Source: Gemmatimonadota bacterium (GTDB taxonomy: Bacteria; Gemmatimonadota; Gemmatimonadetes; Gemmatimonadales; GWC2-71-9). From it: a stretch of 42,002 bases of DNA. The position numbers were made by a program, and so were the translations under genes. Below the pieces are notes generated by a model, which saw only the letters and a list, made by a program, of their open reading frames with translations, did no database searches and was not told the DNA's origin. Below are positions 1 to 9,187 of the stretch, one piece after another. The first letter of the stretch is position 1. The number at the start of each line of letters is the position of its first letter. The DNA is taken from contig JBLNGI010000116.1 of NCBI GenBank assembly GCA_050264615.1, positions 1 through 42,002 of the forward strand. Direction: 5' to 3'.

Positions 1-121
1 CGACCCGGGGTTTCTGCGTTCCAGGGGCGACTGGCGCTGAGCATCCCAGCAGCATCAGGAGCAACGCCGGCGTGAAGCGTTCCTTCGTGATCACGACCAA
101 CAAGATAAGCCGCGATCACGG

Positions 122-189
122 GCTGGGACACGCGACTGTTCGACCTCGCCAAAAACCGCCGAGAGCCAGACCTAGTGTGACGAAGTAAA
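122..189 (+). pseudogene. Degenerate fragment of the sugar phosphate isomerase/epimerase gene (second copy of 5516-5582)
   Basis: 122-147 gctgggacacgcgactgttcgacctc is identical to 5516-5541. Similarity continues to ~189 with one extra A and an in-frame TAG (WDTRLFDLAK/TAESQT*CDEV vs WDTRLFDLPKAAESQSYCDEV). Confidence 0.8.
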
Positions 190-191
190 TG

Positions 192-317
192 TTATCGTGG
201 CCGAACGCTCACGATCGCCGTTTCGGTCTCGAGCTCATTCGGCGCGGGGCTCTCGTCGGCTGCCATCGTGTGCTCCACATTGGCGGGCACGAACAGGAAA
301 CTGCCGACGCCATACCG
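192..317 (-). pseudogene. Possible cupin C-terminal remnant
   Basis: Minus-strand frame reads RYGVGSFLFVPANVEHTMAADE, resembling cupin motif 2. The frame is closed upstream by a stop near 387 and I see no motif 1. Confidence 0.3.
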
Positions 318-435
318 GGGATCGTGAGGGGCCGAAGCATCTTGTGGATCATCGACATCTACGGCTTCCTGCTGACCGACTCGCGGTCACCAGCGCGGCC
401 CATTCAGGCGCTGGCACTGGTTCTTCGCTGCCGGG

Positions 436-852
436 CTACCTGCGTTCCGACGCATCACTTGAGGGCACTCCAGGACGAAGACGCTCGAGGCGATCCAGCA
501 GAACCCCGGCGCTTGTGAGCGCCATGCCCAACCCGACGATCGCGGCGAGTGAGAGGAATACGAGATCGCGGCTCGCGATGTACAGGCCGATCGTGACGCA
601 GACAATCGGGAGCCGCACGACGAGCGTCGTCGCATACAGCGCTTCGATGCGCAGCCGGGCAATTTGAATCACGATCACGGCGAGAGCGATGAGAAACGCC
701 CCAACCAGGCGGATCATCGGCAGGGGATAATCGCGTGCGGCGCCGAGCAGCCGGAAGCTGACGTCGGGAGCGATCAACATCGCCGCACCACCGAGTGCCA
801 GGTAGCCGATCAGATACGCGAAGCTGCGGCGCGTCCAGCGTACGCTAGGCAC
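436..852 (-). CDS. Hypothetical membrane protein (about 4 TM helices)
   Basis: 138-aa ORF with four hydrophobic stretches. The GTG start overlaps the end of the upstream gene. Confidence 0.7.
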   Translation of the reverse strand: MPSVRWTRRSFAYLIGYLALGGAAMLIAPDVSFRLLGAARDYPLPMIRLVGAFLIALAVIVIQIARLRIEALYATTLVVRLPIVCVTIGLYIASRDLVFLSLAAIVGLGMALTSAGVLLDRLERLRPGVPSSDASERR

Positions 853-1585
853 GACTGCGCGCCGCCACGGCGCTCCTCACTTCCGGGCCGCGCGCGAGCC
901 ACGGTCGCCCCGACAGCTGCCAGAGGGACACGACGTGCACCATCACGGCCAGCGGCACGAGAAAGCCCGGCACGAGCGCGAGCGGAAAGTGCGTGATGAG
1001 CTCGGCCGTGGGCGTGGTTCGGAAGACCTGGAGCGGCGGGCTCGTCGTGACGCCAAGTCCCACCGCCACCACCAGGTCGGCGAGGCCAACGAGATTGAAG
1101 ATTGTGGCCAGTCGCTTTCCGCCCGGCGCATGGACTCGGCTCGCCACCCAGAACGCCGTCGATCCAACCAGCACATCACCCAAGCCGGCCGGGAGCGCCC
1201 ACACCGCCGGCATTTGGCCAGACACCATGAGCGCCACGAATAGCGCGCCCACGAGTCGCCACACATTGAGACGAATCAGGAACGTCTGGTTCGTGAGCAG
1301 GCTGCGGAGCGAGGGCGAGCCGCGCAGCGCCAATCCCATGACGCCCAACGCCACGAGAAGTTGGAGGCCGATCGGTGGCAAGGTGGCCACCGGGGGCGGC
1401 AGATAGACGCCGCGATTGGCGAGGATCGCGGTCGCGCCGCCCCAGCCCGCCAGCACGACGCCGCTGAGAATCGCTACGGCTCCACTTCGCGGTGTGGTCC
1501 GCGCGCGCCACAGCATCCAGGACATTGCGACCACGACCAATGCGGCTGGCACGATCACGAAGGCCGCGAGCAACGCAGGTGTCAT
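845..1585 (-). CDS. Hypothetical multi-pass membrane protein, paralog of 2141-2866
   Basis: ATG at 1585 follows SD AAGGAGG; 246 aa. Shares RLNVWRLVG, GD..VG.TAFWVASR and THFPLALVPGFLVPLA with the 2141-2866 protein. Confidence 0.85.
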   Translation of the reverse strand: MTPALLAAFVIVPAALVVVAMSWMLWRARTTPRSGAVAILSGVVLAGWGGATAILANRGVYLPPPVATLPPIGLQLLVALGVMGLALRGSPSLRSLLTNQTFLIRLNVWRLVGALFVALMVSGQMPAVWALPAGLGDVLVGSTAFWVASRVHAPGGKRLATIFNLVGLADLVVAVGLGVTTSPPLQVFRTTPTAELITHFPLALVPGFLVPLAVMVHVVSLWQLSGRPWLARGPEVRSAVAARSRA

Positions 1586-1613
1586 TCCGATTCCTCCTTC
1601 ACCCGAGTATCGA

Positions 1614-1971
1614 TCAGCGGGCCGCGGTCTTGCTGTACCCCAGAGCCTCGACCACCTGCCCATTGTGGATGCGCATGAGGTTCACGCCACGCACGTAGTC
1701 GGCCGGTCCCTTGCCGAACCCGGTAGCCCCACCGGACCACGGCCCGGTCGCTTTCAACCAGCACATCTTCGGGTTCGAACTGCTTCGTGGGATCGTTCAG
1801 CATGGCCTCCCAGAAGGCCGGACACGCCTCACGTCCCACCACGCGGACCCCCTCGGGGGCCGGCGCGGAGGCCTCCATGACGCAATCGGGCGCGATCAGC
1901 GGGCGAAGCAGCAGTGCATTACGCTCGAGGAAGGCGCGGTTGAATCGCTGAATGACGTCGGCGGTATCCAT
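1614..1971 (-). pseudogene. SnoaL/NTF2-like protein with a +1 frameshift near 1720
   Basis: N-terminus MDTADVIQRFNRAF...DRAVVRWGYR. The family-typical C-terminus FGKGPADYVRGVNLMRIHNGQVVEALGYSK lies in another frame after an extra G (cgg g ttc) and ends at TGA 1616-1614. Confidence 0.75.
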
Positions 1972-1982
1972 TACACCGCACC

Positions 1983-2094
1983 ATCCTAGCATCCTGCACG
2001 TCCCTGATCTTGAACGAACAGGCTGAGTGTACCTTCAGGCGATTGCCCGCGCGGCCAGTTCGTTCAAGACTCCCCGCTGCCCACTCCCTATCGT
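1983..2094. promoter_or_regulatory. Twin inverted operator motifs GCC(A/T)GTTCGTTCAAGA with divergent promoters
   Basis: 2008-2023 (minus) and 2054-2069 (plus) match at 15/16 nt. Each TTCAAG is followed 20 nt later by a -10-like hexamer (TAGGAT 1988-1983; TATCGT 2089-2094). Confidence 0.65.
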
Positions 2095-2140
2095 GCGAAA
2101 CGCGCTCGCTTACGTTTCGCCCCCAACGAGGGAGGTCGCC

Positions 2141-2866
2141 ATGTCGCCCGGTTTGCTTGGGATCCTGATTGCGGGTCCGACTGCCGCCGTCGTGGTGGCG
2201 ATGTTCTACGTGTTCTGGAGCGCCCGGAGCTCGCCGCAGGCGACGCGAGTGGCATTAGTGGCAGGCGTGGTGCTGGCGGTGTGGGCCGCGGCGACGGCTG
2301 TCCTCGCAACCACCGGGTTCTATGCGCCCGCGTCCGCAGAGAGCTTCCCTCCGACCGGTGCCCAGTTCGGGATCGCGCTCGTGGCGCTCGCGGTGGCGCT
2401 GGCGATTTCCCCGTCCTTGCGGAGTCTCCTCTCGAATCAACGGCATGTCCTCCGTCTCAACGTATGGCGCCTTGTCGGCATCGTCTTCATTGCGCTCTGG
2501 GTGACCGGTCAGGTACCGGCCCTGTGGGCGATTCCGACCGGCGTAGGGGACATCATCGTCGGCGCAACAGCGTTCTGGGTCGCGAGCCGTTTCGAGCGGC
2601 CCGGCGGGCGACGCCTGGCGGTGCTCTTCAATCTGTTCGGACTCGCCGACCTGTTCGACGCGGTCGCGCTGGGGATCATGACCAACCCCGGCCCGCTCCA
2701 GGCCTTTCATACCACACCCACCTCCGAGCTGGTGACGCATTTCCCGCTTGCCCTCGTGCCGGGCTTCCTCGTGCCCCTGGCGATCATGCTGCACGTCGTG
2801 TCGCTGTGGCAGTTGGCCCGCGGGTCCTGGGCGCGCCCGGGAGAGGCGGCTCACGCGGTGCGATAG
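2141..2866 (+). CDS. Hypothetical multi-pass membrane protein, paralog of 845-1585
   Basis: ATG at 2141 after SD GGAGG; 241 aa, hydrophobic, clearly alignable with 845-1585. Confidence 0.85.
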   Translation: MSPGLLGILIAGPTAAVVVAMFYVFWSARSSPQATRVALVAGVVLAVWAAATAVLATTGFYAPASAESFPPTGAQFGIALVALAVALAISPSLRSLLSNQRHVLRLNVWRLVGIVFIALWVTGQVPALWAIPTGVGDIIVGATAFWVASRFERPGGRRLAVLFNLFGLADLFDAVALGIMTNPGPLQAFHTTPTSELVTHFPLALVPGFLVPLAIMLHVVSLWQLARGSWARPGEAAHAVR

Positions 2867-2875
2867 GGGAAGGCC

Positions 2876-3190
2876 ATGCTGTTTCTCGTCGAGATGGACT
2901 ACGCGACACCCGGAGCCGCGTTGACTCCGGAACTGGGCCGCGCATTCGTCGAGCAAGTCATCCTGCCCACGATCGCGCGGGCGGAGCAGCTGAACGAGGA
3001 CGGGACGATCGTGGCGGGCGGTCCGGTGGTGGGACGAATCGCGCTGCGTTTCATGATCGAGGCCGAGACGTCGGCACAGGCCGACCGCGTGGTCTCGAGT
3101 CTCGCGTTGTGGCCGCTCGCACGCACCCTCGTGACGCCGCTGGTGACGCTCGCCGAGCGCCGCAAACATGTTCAGGACCGCTGGGCGTGA
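2876..3190 (+). CDS. Muconolactone delta-isomerase/YCII-like small protein
   Basis: 104 aa, MLFLVEM start, G.IVAGG and SSLALWP...VTPL patterns typical of this dimeric alpha+beta barrel group; purine-rich SD. Confidence 0.65.
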   Translation: MLFLVEMDYATPGAALTPELGRAFVEQVILPTIARAEQLNEDGTIVAGGPVVGRIALRFMIEAETSAQADRVVSSLALWPLARTLVTPLVTLAERRKHVQDRWA

Positions 3191-3301
3191 CGGCCCGGCA
3201 AGTGTCGACCGCGAGGCATGCACTCACGGATGAGCAGCGGCGGCCGGACGGCCCTCGACGGCGACAGGGTATCGAGGGATGATGCGCGCTCGCGCCCCTC
3301 G

Positions 3302-4120
3302 TCAACCGCCTGCTGCTTCGATCGGCGCCGCAACGGAATCTCCCCCCTGGCCATCGGTCGTGAGAGACACGCCTGCCCCGGAACGATTCGGACCAAAGAA
3401 GCTCGAGGGCGTCGTCCCAAACGTGCGCCGAAACGTGCGGGTCAGATGCGCCGCGTCCGCGAAGCCGGCACTGTGAGCCGCGACGGACATCGTGGTGCCT
3501 GCGATCAGCTCACACGCCGCTTGCTGCAAGCGGAGCCAGCGGATGTACGGGCGGAGCGGCACCCCTAAAGATTCCGTGAAGAGGTGCATGAGCCGCGACG
3601 GGGACATGACGGCGACCGCCGCCAGCGCTTGGAGCGACAACTTGTCCTTTTTGTCGAGATGCGCGCGCAGGTAGGTCAGCACGGTTTCGACGCGCGGATC
3701 GAGCGTCACCGGGGAGCGGTTGCGCGCGAGCTCGTCATTGACCCACTGGCGGATGCGTGCCGACGTCGGGCGCAGTCCCAGGGCGGCGCGCCAGCGAGCG
3801 ACACTGGGAGCGCCGACGACCGTCATGTCGCCCCGAATTGTTTGGCACAGCGCCGCGCCGATGCTACTCTCGGGTTCGAAGAATCCAAACAGGGCGGGAC
3901 TGCGACTCGTGTCCATCTGGTGCACGGCATCGGGGCGCACGAGCGCGGCGCGGCATACGCGCCAAGCGTCATCCGGCCCACGGCGCAGCCGGAACGACCC
4001 CTGGAGCACCAGCGTCAGTTGAACGCAGTGATGGCGGTGGGGTGCCGTGGTGACTCCTGGTCCCCAAACGATCATGGCGGCCGGCCAGGTCGCCGCCCCG
4101 AACGCCACGGGACGCGACAT
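3302..4120 (-). CDS. AraC family transcriptional regulator
   Basis: N-terminal cupin-like HRHHCVQ; C-terminal double HTH (LAAVAVMSPSRLMHLF...YIRWLRL...AHSAGFADAAHLTRTFRRTFG). Start 4120 is favoured by TTGCCA-N17-CAATGT-N7-ATG; 4150 is an alternative. Confidence 0.92.
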   Translation of the reverse strand: MSRPVAFGAATWPAAMIVWGPGVTTAPHRHHCVQLTLVLQGSFRLRRGPDDAWRVCRAALVRPDAVHQMDTSRSPALFGFFEPESSIGAALCQTIRGDMTVVGAPSVARWRAALGLRPTSARIRQWVNDELARNRSPVTLDPRVETVLTYLRAHLDKKDKLSLQALAAVAVMSPSRLMHLFTESLGVPLRPYIRWLRLQQAACELIAGTTMSVAAHSAGFADAAHLTRTFRRTFGTTPSSFFGPNRSGAGVSLTTDGQGGDSVAAPIEAAGG

Positions 4121-4193
4121 GGGCAAAACATTGGTTCCGCGCGTGACCATTGGCAAGCCGCGCCGTGCCTCAGTGAGTAGGTCCTAGCTGCGG

Positions 4194-4952
4194 TTAGGTC
4201 ATCACCGCGCCGCCGCTGACATCCAGGATCATTCCTGTAATCCAGGTCGCGTCCTCCGCAACGAGGAACAGCGCCGCCGCGGCCACGTCCTCGGGCGTTC
4301 CGAGACGCCGCACGGGATGTTGCTCGATCATGTGCTGCTGGACGGTGGCCGGGATCTGCTGCTGATTGCGCTCGGTGAGAATCGTTTCCGGCGCAATGCA
4401 GTTGGCGCGAATCCCGAAGGGTCCCACCTGCGCGGCGAGATGCTGCGTGAGCATCTGAATGCCCGCTTTAGCGGCCGCGTAGGGAACGGGGGACTGGGGA
4501 TGTGGCCGCCGCGCGGCCGCCGAGGAAATCGTCACGATGTTGCCGCCGCGTCGTTCCTTCATCCGAGGCAGCACACTCTTCACGGTGAAGAACGTGCCCG
4601 TGAGATTGACGTCCACCGACGCGCGCCAGCCCTCGGGGCTGATGTCTTCGAGCGGACCCGGTGGCGTGAGGCTGCCGCCGGCATTGGCGACGACGATATC
4701 GATCGGCCCGAGCCGCGTTTCGATTTCCTCGGCCATTGCCTGGACTTCGGCAAAAGACGTGACATCGGCGACGACGGGCATCGCGGTTCCGCCCAGGGTC
4801 GTAATTGCCGCCCGCACCGCGTTGAGCGCGGCGACGTCGCGGCCATGCAGCGCCACTTTAGCGCCTTCGCCGGCGAACCGCCGCGCGATCGCCGCGCCGA
4901 TTCCTCGGGAAGCGCCGGTCACGAGCGCGATCTTGCCGTTCAACTTGCCCAT
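4194..4952 (-). CDS. SDR family NAD(P)-dependent oxidoreductase (FabG-like)
   Basis: TGASRGIG, NAG, catalytic YAAAK and RLGTPEDVA motifs; 252 aa. Confidence 0.95.
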   Translation of the reverse strand: MGKLNGKIALVTGASRGIGAAIARRFAGEGAKVALHGRDVAALNAVRAAITTLGGTAMPVVADVTSFAEVQAMAEEIETRLGPIDIVVANAGGSLTPPGPLEDISPEGWRASVDVNLTGTFFTVKSVLPRMKERRGGNIVTISSAAARRPHPQSPVPYAAAKAGIQMLTQHLAAQVGPFGIRANCIAPETILTERNQQQIPATVQQHMIEQHPVRRLGTPEDVAAAALFLVAEDATWITGMILDVSGGAVMT

Positions 4953-5388
4953 TTTGCAACCTTCCAAAGACTCGTCAGTGGTGAAGGATGCTTCGGATCG
5001 AGCGTCTCAGGTCCACGGCTGACGCGCGACCGTCATTCTTTGTACGCGGGTGCTGAAAGTCCGATGGCTGTCGCGGCCGTCGCGGCTCGTACCCACAGAT
5101 GTCTGGAAGGGTTCAGCGATTCACGCTGTGTCATGGCCTCACACTCCTGGCGCGGATTCCGCAACCTACTCTCCAAAAGAGGACCAGAAGAAGGAGCCAA
5201 TTCTTCCCAACTCGACTAGACCACTTTTCGGACGCCGGTGTATCGTTTCCGGCGAGTCGATCGCTTGCGGGAAGTCTCAGCGTGTCGCGAACCACGGTGT
5301 GCGTTGCGTACGATCGCGGGATTTGTCACCTCCCGCGTAGGACACACCGCGCATTCCTTCCTTCCGTGTATGGCGTAGCTTACGCGCC

Positions 5389-6444
5389 ATGAAGACAATC
5401 AAAGGACCCGCCATCTTCCTGGCGCAGTTCGCGGGCGATGCCCCGCCGTTCGATAACCTGAAGGCCATCGCCGGCTGGGCCGCGGGGCTCGGCTTCAAGG
5501 GCGTCCAGATCCCCAGCTGGGACACGCGACTGTTCGACCTCCCCAAAGCGGCCGAGAGCCAGAGCTACTGCGACGAGGTAAAAGGCATCCTCGCCGAGCG
5601 CGGGCTCCAGGTCACCGAGCTGTCGACGCATCTGCAGGGCCAGCTGGTGGCTGTGCATCCCGCCTACGACACCGCCTTCGACGCTTTCGCGGCGCCCGAA
5701 GTCCGCGGCAAACCTGCGGCGCGGACTGTGTGGGCGGTCGAGCAAGTAAAACTCGCGGCGCGAGCATCGCGCCGGCTCGGTGTGACCGAGCATGCCACGT
5801 TTTCGGGTGCGCTGGCGTGGCCCTACCTCTATCCCTGGCCGCAGCGGCCGGCGGGCCTGATCGAGACGGCGTTCGACGAGCTGGCGCGGCGCTGGCGTCC
5901 GATTCTCGACGTGTTCGAAGAAAACGGCGTCAACGCCTGCTTCGAGATCCATCCCGGCGAGGATCTGCACGACGGTGTGACGTTCGAGATGTTCCTCGAG
6001 CGCGTGGGTGGACACAAGCGCTGTAACCTGCTCTACGATCCCAGTCACTTCGTGCTGCAGCAGCTCGACTATCTCGAGTACATCGACCTGTATCACGACC
6101 GCATCCGCATGTTTCACGTCAAGGATGCCGAGTTCAATCCGACCGGCCGTCAGGGCGTGTATGGCGGGTTCCAGTCGTGGGTCAATCGCGCCGGCCGGTT
6201 CCGTTCCTTGGGCGACGGTCAGGTGGACTTCAAGGCGATCTTCTCGAAGCTGGCGCAGTACGACTATCCCGGCTGGGCGGTGCTCGAGTGGGAGTGCTGC
6301 ATCAAGCACCCGGAAGATGGCGCGCGCGAAGGGGCGAAGTTCATCGCCGACCACATCATTCACACGACCGAAAAAGCGTTCGACGATTTCGCCGGCGCCG
6401 GCACCGACCAGGCCGCCAACCGCCGCATGCTGGGTATCGCATGA
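5389..6444 (+). CDS. Sugar phosphate isomerase/epimerase (xylose isomerase-like TIM barrel, IolE/MocC-like)
   Basis: MKTIKGPAIFLAQF start and metal-ligand motifs EIHPGED, YDPSH, FHVKD, LEWE; coupled to a Gfo/Idh/MocA gene. Confidence 0.92.
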   Translation: MKTIKGPAIFLAQFAGDAPPFDNLKAIAGWAAGLGFKGVQIPSWDTRLFDLPKAAESQSYCDEVKGILAERGLQVTELSTHLQGQLVAVHPAYDTAFDAFAAPEVRGKPAARTVWAVEQVKLAARASRRLGVTEHATFSGALAWPYLYPWPQRPAGLIETAFDELARRWRPILDVFEENGVNACFEIHPGEDLHDGVTFEMFLERVGGHKRCNLLYDPSHFVLQQLDYLEYIDLYHDRIRMFHVKDAEFNPTGRQGVYGGFQSWVNRAGRFRSLGDGQVDFKAIFSKLAQYDYPGWAVLEWECCIKHPEDGAREGAKFIADHIIHTTEKAFDDFAGAGTDQAANRRMLGIA

Positions 6445-7595
6445 TGGAGCGTCCCCTCCGACTGGGGATGGTCGGCGGTGGGCGTGGGGCATTCATTGGC
6501 GGCGTGCACCGGCTGTGTGCCCGCATGGACGGGCAGTACGAGCTGGTCGCGGGCGCCCTTTCGTCCGATCCCCAACGCTGCAAAGAGTCCGGTGCCGATC
6601 TGGGTCTCGCGCTCGACCGCACGTACACGAGCTTCGCCCAAATGGCGGCGGCCGAGTCGAAGCGATCCGACGGCATCGAGGTCGTGAGCATCGTTACGCC
6701 GAACGACAGCCATCACGCCATCGCACGCGCATTTCTCGATCGTGGCATCGATGTGATCTGCGACAAGCCGATGACCACCACCGTCGAAGATGCCCTCGAC
6801 CTGGTGCAGACGGTGCGACGCACCGGGCTCGTCTTCGGTGTTACGCACAACTACACCGGCTACCCGATGGTCCGTCAGGCGCGCGAGATGATCGCGGCCG
6901 GCGAGCTTGGCCCGATCCGGGTCGTCCAGGTTGAGTATGTGCAGGATTGGCTCACGACCAAGGTCGAAGACACGGGGCAGAAGCAGGCTACGTGGCGCGT
7001 CGATCCCACGCGCGCGGGCGCCGGCGGCTCGCTCGGCGACATCGGCACACACGCGCACAATCTCGCGTGCTTCGTCACCGGCCTCGCCGTGCGCGAGCTC
7101 GCGGCGGACGTGAGCCGGTTCGTGCCGGGCCGCCGGCTCGACGACAACGCGCACATCCTGCTGCGCTTCGAGAACGGCGCGCGTGGCATGCTGTGGAGCA
7201 GCCAGGTGGCGCCCGGCAATGAGAACGGGTTGCGGCTGCGCGTGTACGGCGAGAAGGGCGGCCTGGAGTGGAGCCAGGAGCATCCTAACCAGCTGCGCTT
7301 CTCACCCGTGGCCCAACCGCCACGGGTGCTGTCGCGTGGTGGGCCGAATCTCGGTTCGGCCGCGGCGCGCGCGACCCGCATCCCGTCGGGTCATCCGGAG
7401 GGTTATCTCGAGGGGTTCGCCAATCTGTATCGCGATCTAGCGGAGCAGATCCGGGCGCGGCGCGCGCAGCGGGCGCCTGATCGGGCGGCGCTGCTCGTGC
7501 CGACGGTGGAAGATGGCGCCAACGGCGTCAAATTCATCCACGCGGCGGTGGAGTCGAGCGCGAAGAATGCCGCATGGGTGGACTTCACCTCGTGA
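6441..7595 (+). CDS. Gfo/Idh/MocA family oxidoreductase
   Basis: LRLGMVGGG.GAFIG, IVTPN..H, ICDKP, GDIGTH and GHPEGY motifs; ATGA overlap with the upstream stop; 384 aa. Confidence 0.95.
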   Translation: MMERPLRLGMVGGGRGAFIGGVHRLCARMDGQYELVAGALSSDPQRCKESGADLGLALDRTYTSFAQMAAAESKRSDGIEVVSIVTPNDSHHAIARAFLDRGIDVICDKPMTTTVEDALDLVQTVRRTGLVFGVTHNYTGYPMVRQAREMIAAGELGPIRVVQVEYVQDWLTTKVEDTGQKQATWRVDPTRAGAGGSLGDIGTHAHNLACFVTGLAVRELAADVSRFVPGRRLDDNAHILLRFENGARGMLWSSQVAPGNENGLRLRVYGEKGGLEWSQEHPNQLRFSPVAQPPRVLSRGGPNLGSAAARATRIPSGHPEGYLEGFANLYRDLAEQIRARRAQRAPDRAALLVPTVEDGANGVKFIHAAVESSAKNAAWVDFTS

Positions 7596-7672
7596 CTGTC
7601 ATTTGCCTTTCCGAGGAGCGCGCACGGTCATTGTGGCGCGGGAGCGACACACGACGCGCCTCGGCCACACAC

Positions 7673-7720
7673 GCCGTCACTAAATCCAGCCGTCAGTAAG
7701 CCTGCCAGCCGACACTAAGC
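7673..7720 (+). repeat. Three direct repeats GCCG(T/A)CA(C/G)TAA upstream of the HAF-repeat gene
   Basis: GCCGTCACTAA 7673-7683, GCCGTCAGTAA 7689-7699, GCCGACACTAA 7708-7718. The last two extend to CCAG...TAAGC. Confidence 0.6.
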
Positions 7721-7772
7721 GTGCATAGGACTTGCGCAGGGCCTCAGGCGTCTTCCTCAACGGGAGTTCGTC

Positions 7773-8969
7773 ATGAGGTGCACCTTCCTATTCATCGGCA
7801 CGATGGCGCTCGCGACAGCCTGCGGAGATCCCGGTCGCTCGGGTCTCCCCACTGCACAGGATGTCGTGCCCACGCCTGGCGATTATGTCGCGGTGGATCT
7901 GAGTATCTTGGCGAACCCGAATCCTTCGGGCGGAGTCGCAGGTATGGCGTGGGACATCAACGATCTGGGACAGGTGGTAGGCCAGACCCAGGCGGCCGAT
8001 GGCACGAGCCACGCGTTTCTGTTCAACGGCGTCATGCGAGATCTCGGAACGCTCGGCGGTGACTCCAGCGTCGCCTACGCGGTCAACAAGCTGGGCCATG
8101 TTGCGGGACGCAGCAAGAACGCCGCGGGCGAGTGGCGCGCCTTCCTGTGGGATGGCACCGCGATGCGCGACCTGGGATCGGCCTATCTCAGGCCCTACCT
8201 CAATGACAACGACCAGGCTGCCTGGACGGGAGTCACGGCGGACGGGTCGCTCCACGCGTTCCTGTGGGACAACGGCACACTGCGCGACCTCGGCACATTG
8301 GGTGGCCCGTCGAGCTTCGTGAATGCCATCGGCGACCAGGGCCAGGTGATCGGCATCAGTCGGGTGGACTCGACTTACAGGCAACATGGGTTTCGCTGGG
8401 CAGATGGTGTGATGACCGACCTGGGTAGGCTGGAGCCACACGCGATCAACACGTCTGGGTGGATCGTGGGCTTGTCCCCCTGGGCGGACACAATTCCGCC
8501 GTACCCCGTCTTCGCCACGCTGTTACACGGGGACAGCGCACTCAATCTCGGAACCTTGCCGGGGCACTACGAGAGCAGCGCGTCCGCCGTTAATGGTCGC
8601 GGCGAAATCGCGGGTATCAGTGTTTCTTCGTGGGGCGGCGACTTTTACTACCCGTTTGTGTGGCAAGACGGTGTGATGCGGGCGCTCGATCCGGCGTATC
8701 CGAGCGCTTTCCACCAGCGTGTAGTCGCGATCAACGACAACGGCTTCGTGATCGGCCACCGCCCGGTCAACCCGCACGCCTACCAGGCCACGGTGTGGGC
8801 CCCAGACGGGACCGGGCAGAACCTGGGGACGCTGGGTGGGGAGGGGAGCGATGCCACGGCGATCAACGAACAGGGCGTCGTAGTTGGATGGGCGACGACC
8901 GCATCGAATAATCAGATGCGCGCGGTGCTATGGATGCCTCTCAGTATTCAGGTTGTCGCGGTCCGGTGA
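7773..8969 (+). CDS. HAF-family extracellular repeat lipoprotein
   Basis: Lipobox-like ALATAC; repeated (H/R)AF.W..G.M.DLGTLGG...A.AIN..G units; SD GGAG. Confidence 0.9.
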   Translation: MRCTFLFIGTMALATACGDPGRSGLPTAQDVVPTPGDYVAVDLSILANPNPSGGVAGMAWDINDLGQVVGQTQAADGTSHAFLFNGVMRDLGTLGGDSSVAYAVNKLGHVAGRSKNAAGEWRAFLWDGTAMRDLGSAYLRPYLNDNDQAAWTGVTADGSLHAFLWDNGTLRDLGTLGGPSSFVNAIGDQGQVIGISRVDSTYRQHGFRWADGVMTDLGRLEPHAINTSGWIVGLSPWADTIPPYPVFATLLHGDSALNLGTLPGHYESSASAVNGRGEIAGISVSSWGGDFYYPFVWQDGVMRALDPAYPSAFHQRVVAINDNGFVIGHRPVNPHAYQATVWAPDGTGQNLGTLGGEGSDATAINEQGVVVGWATTASNNQMRAVLWMPLSIQVVAVR

Positions 8970-9045
8970 GAGAGCCGAACCAATCGGCATCGGAGTGATG
9001 GTCCCAGCAGCCTGAACCCCGCACAGACCCTTCGCAGATGTGTGT

Positions 9046-9187
9046 CGCGCGAAGCGGGCGCCCGATCGGTCGCCCGCTGCTCGTGCCGACCGTGGAAGAC
9101 GGCGCGCACGGCGTTAAGTTCATTCATGCGGCGCTGGAGTCGAGTGCGAAGAATGGCGCATGGGTGGACATGCAGCTGAAGCTGTGA
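9046..9187 (+). pseudogene. Stranded second 3' end of the Gfo/Idh/MocA gene
   Basis: 9077-9187 encodes [36 protein letters not shown], homologous to 7491-7595. Its TGA overlaps the permease GTG (GTGA 9184-9187). Confidence 0.88.

Noticed and set aside
4968-5388. Short ORFs or an ncRNA in the SDR-isomerase intergenic region
   Set aside because: No convincing SD, protein motif or recognisable RNA structure; treated as a divergent promoter region.
7673-7720. CRISPR-like array
   Set aside because: Repeats are 11-16 bp with spacers of only a few bases; no cas genes.
7461-9187. Duplicated segment as a diversity-generating retroelement TR/VR pair
   Set aside because: Differences are mostly synonymous third-position changes rather than adenine-specific, and there is no reverse transcriptase in the window.
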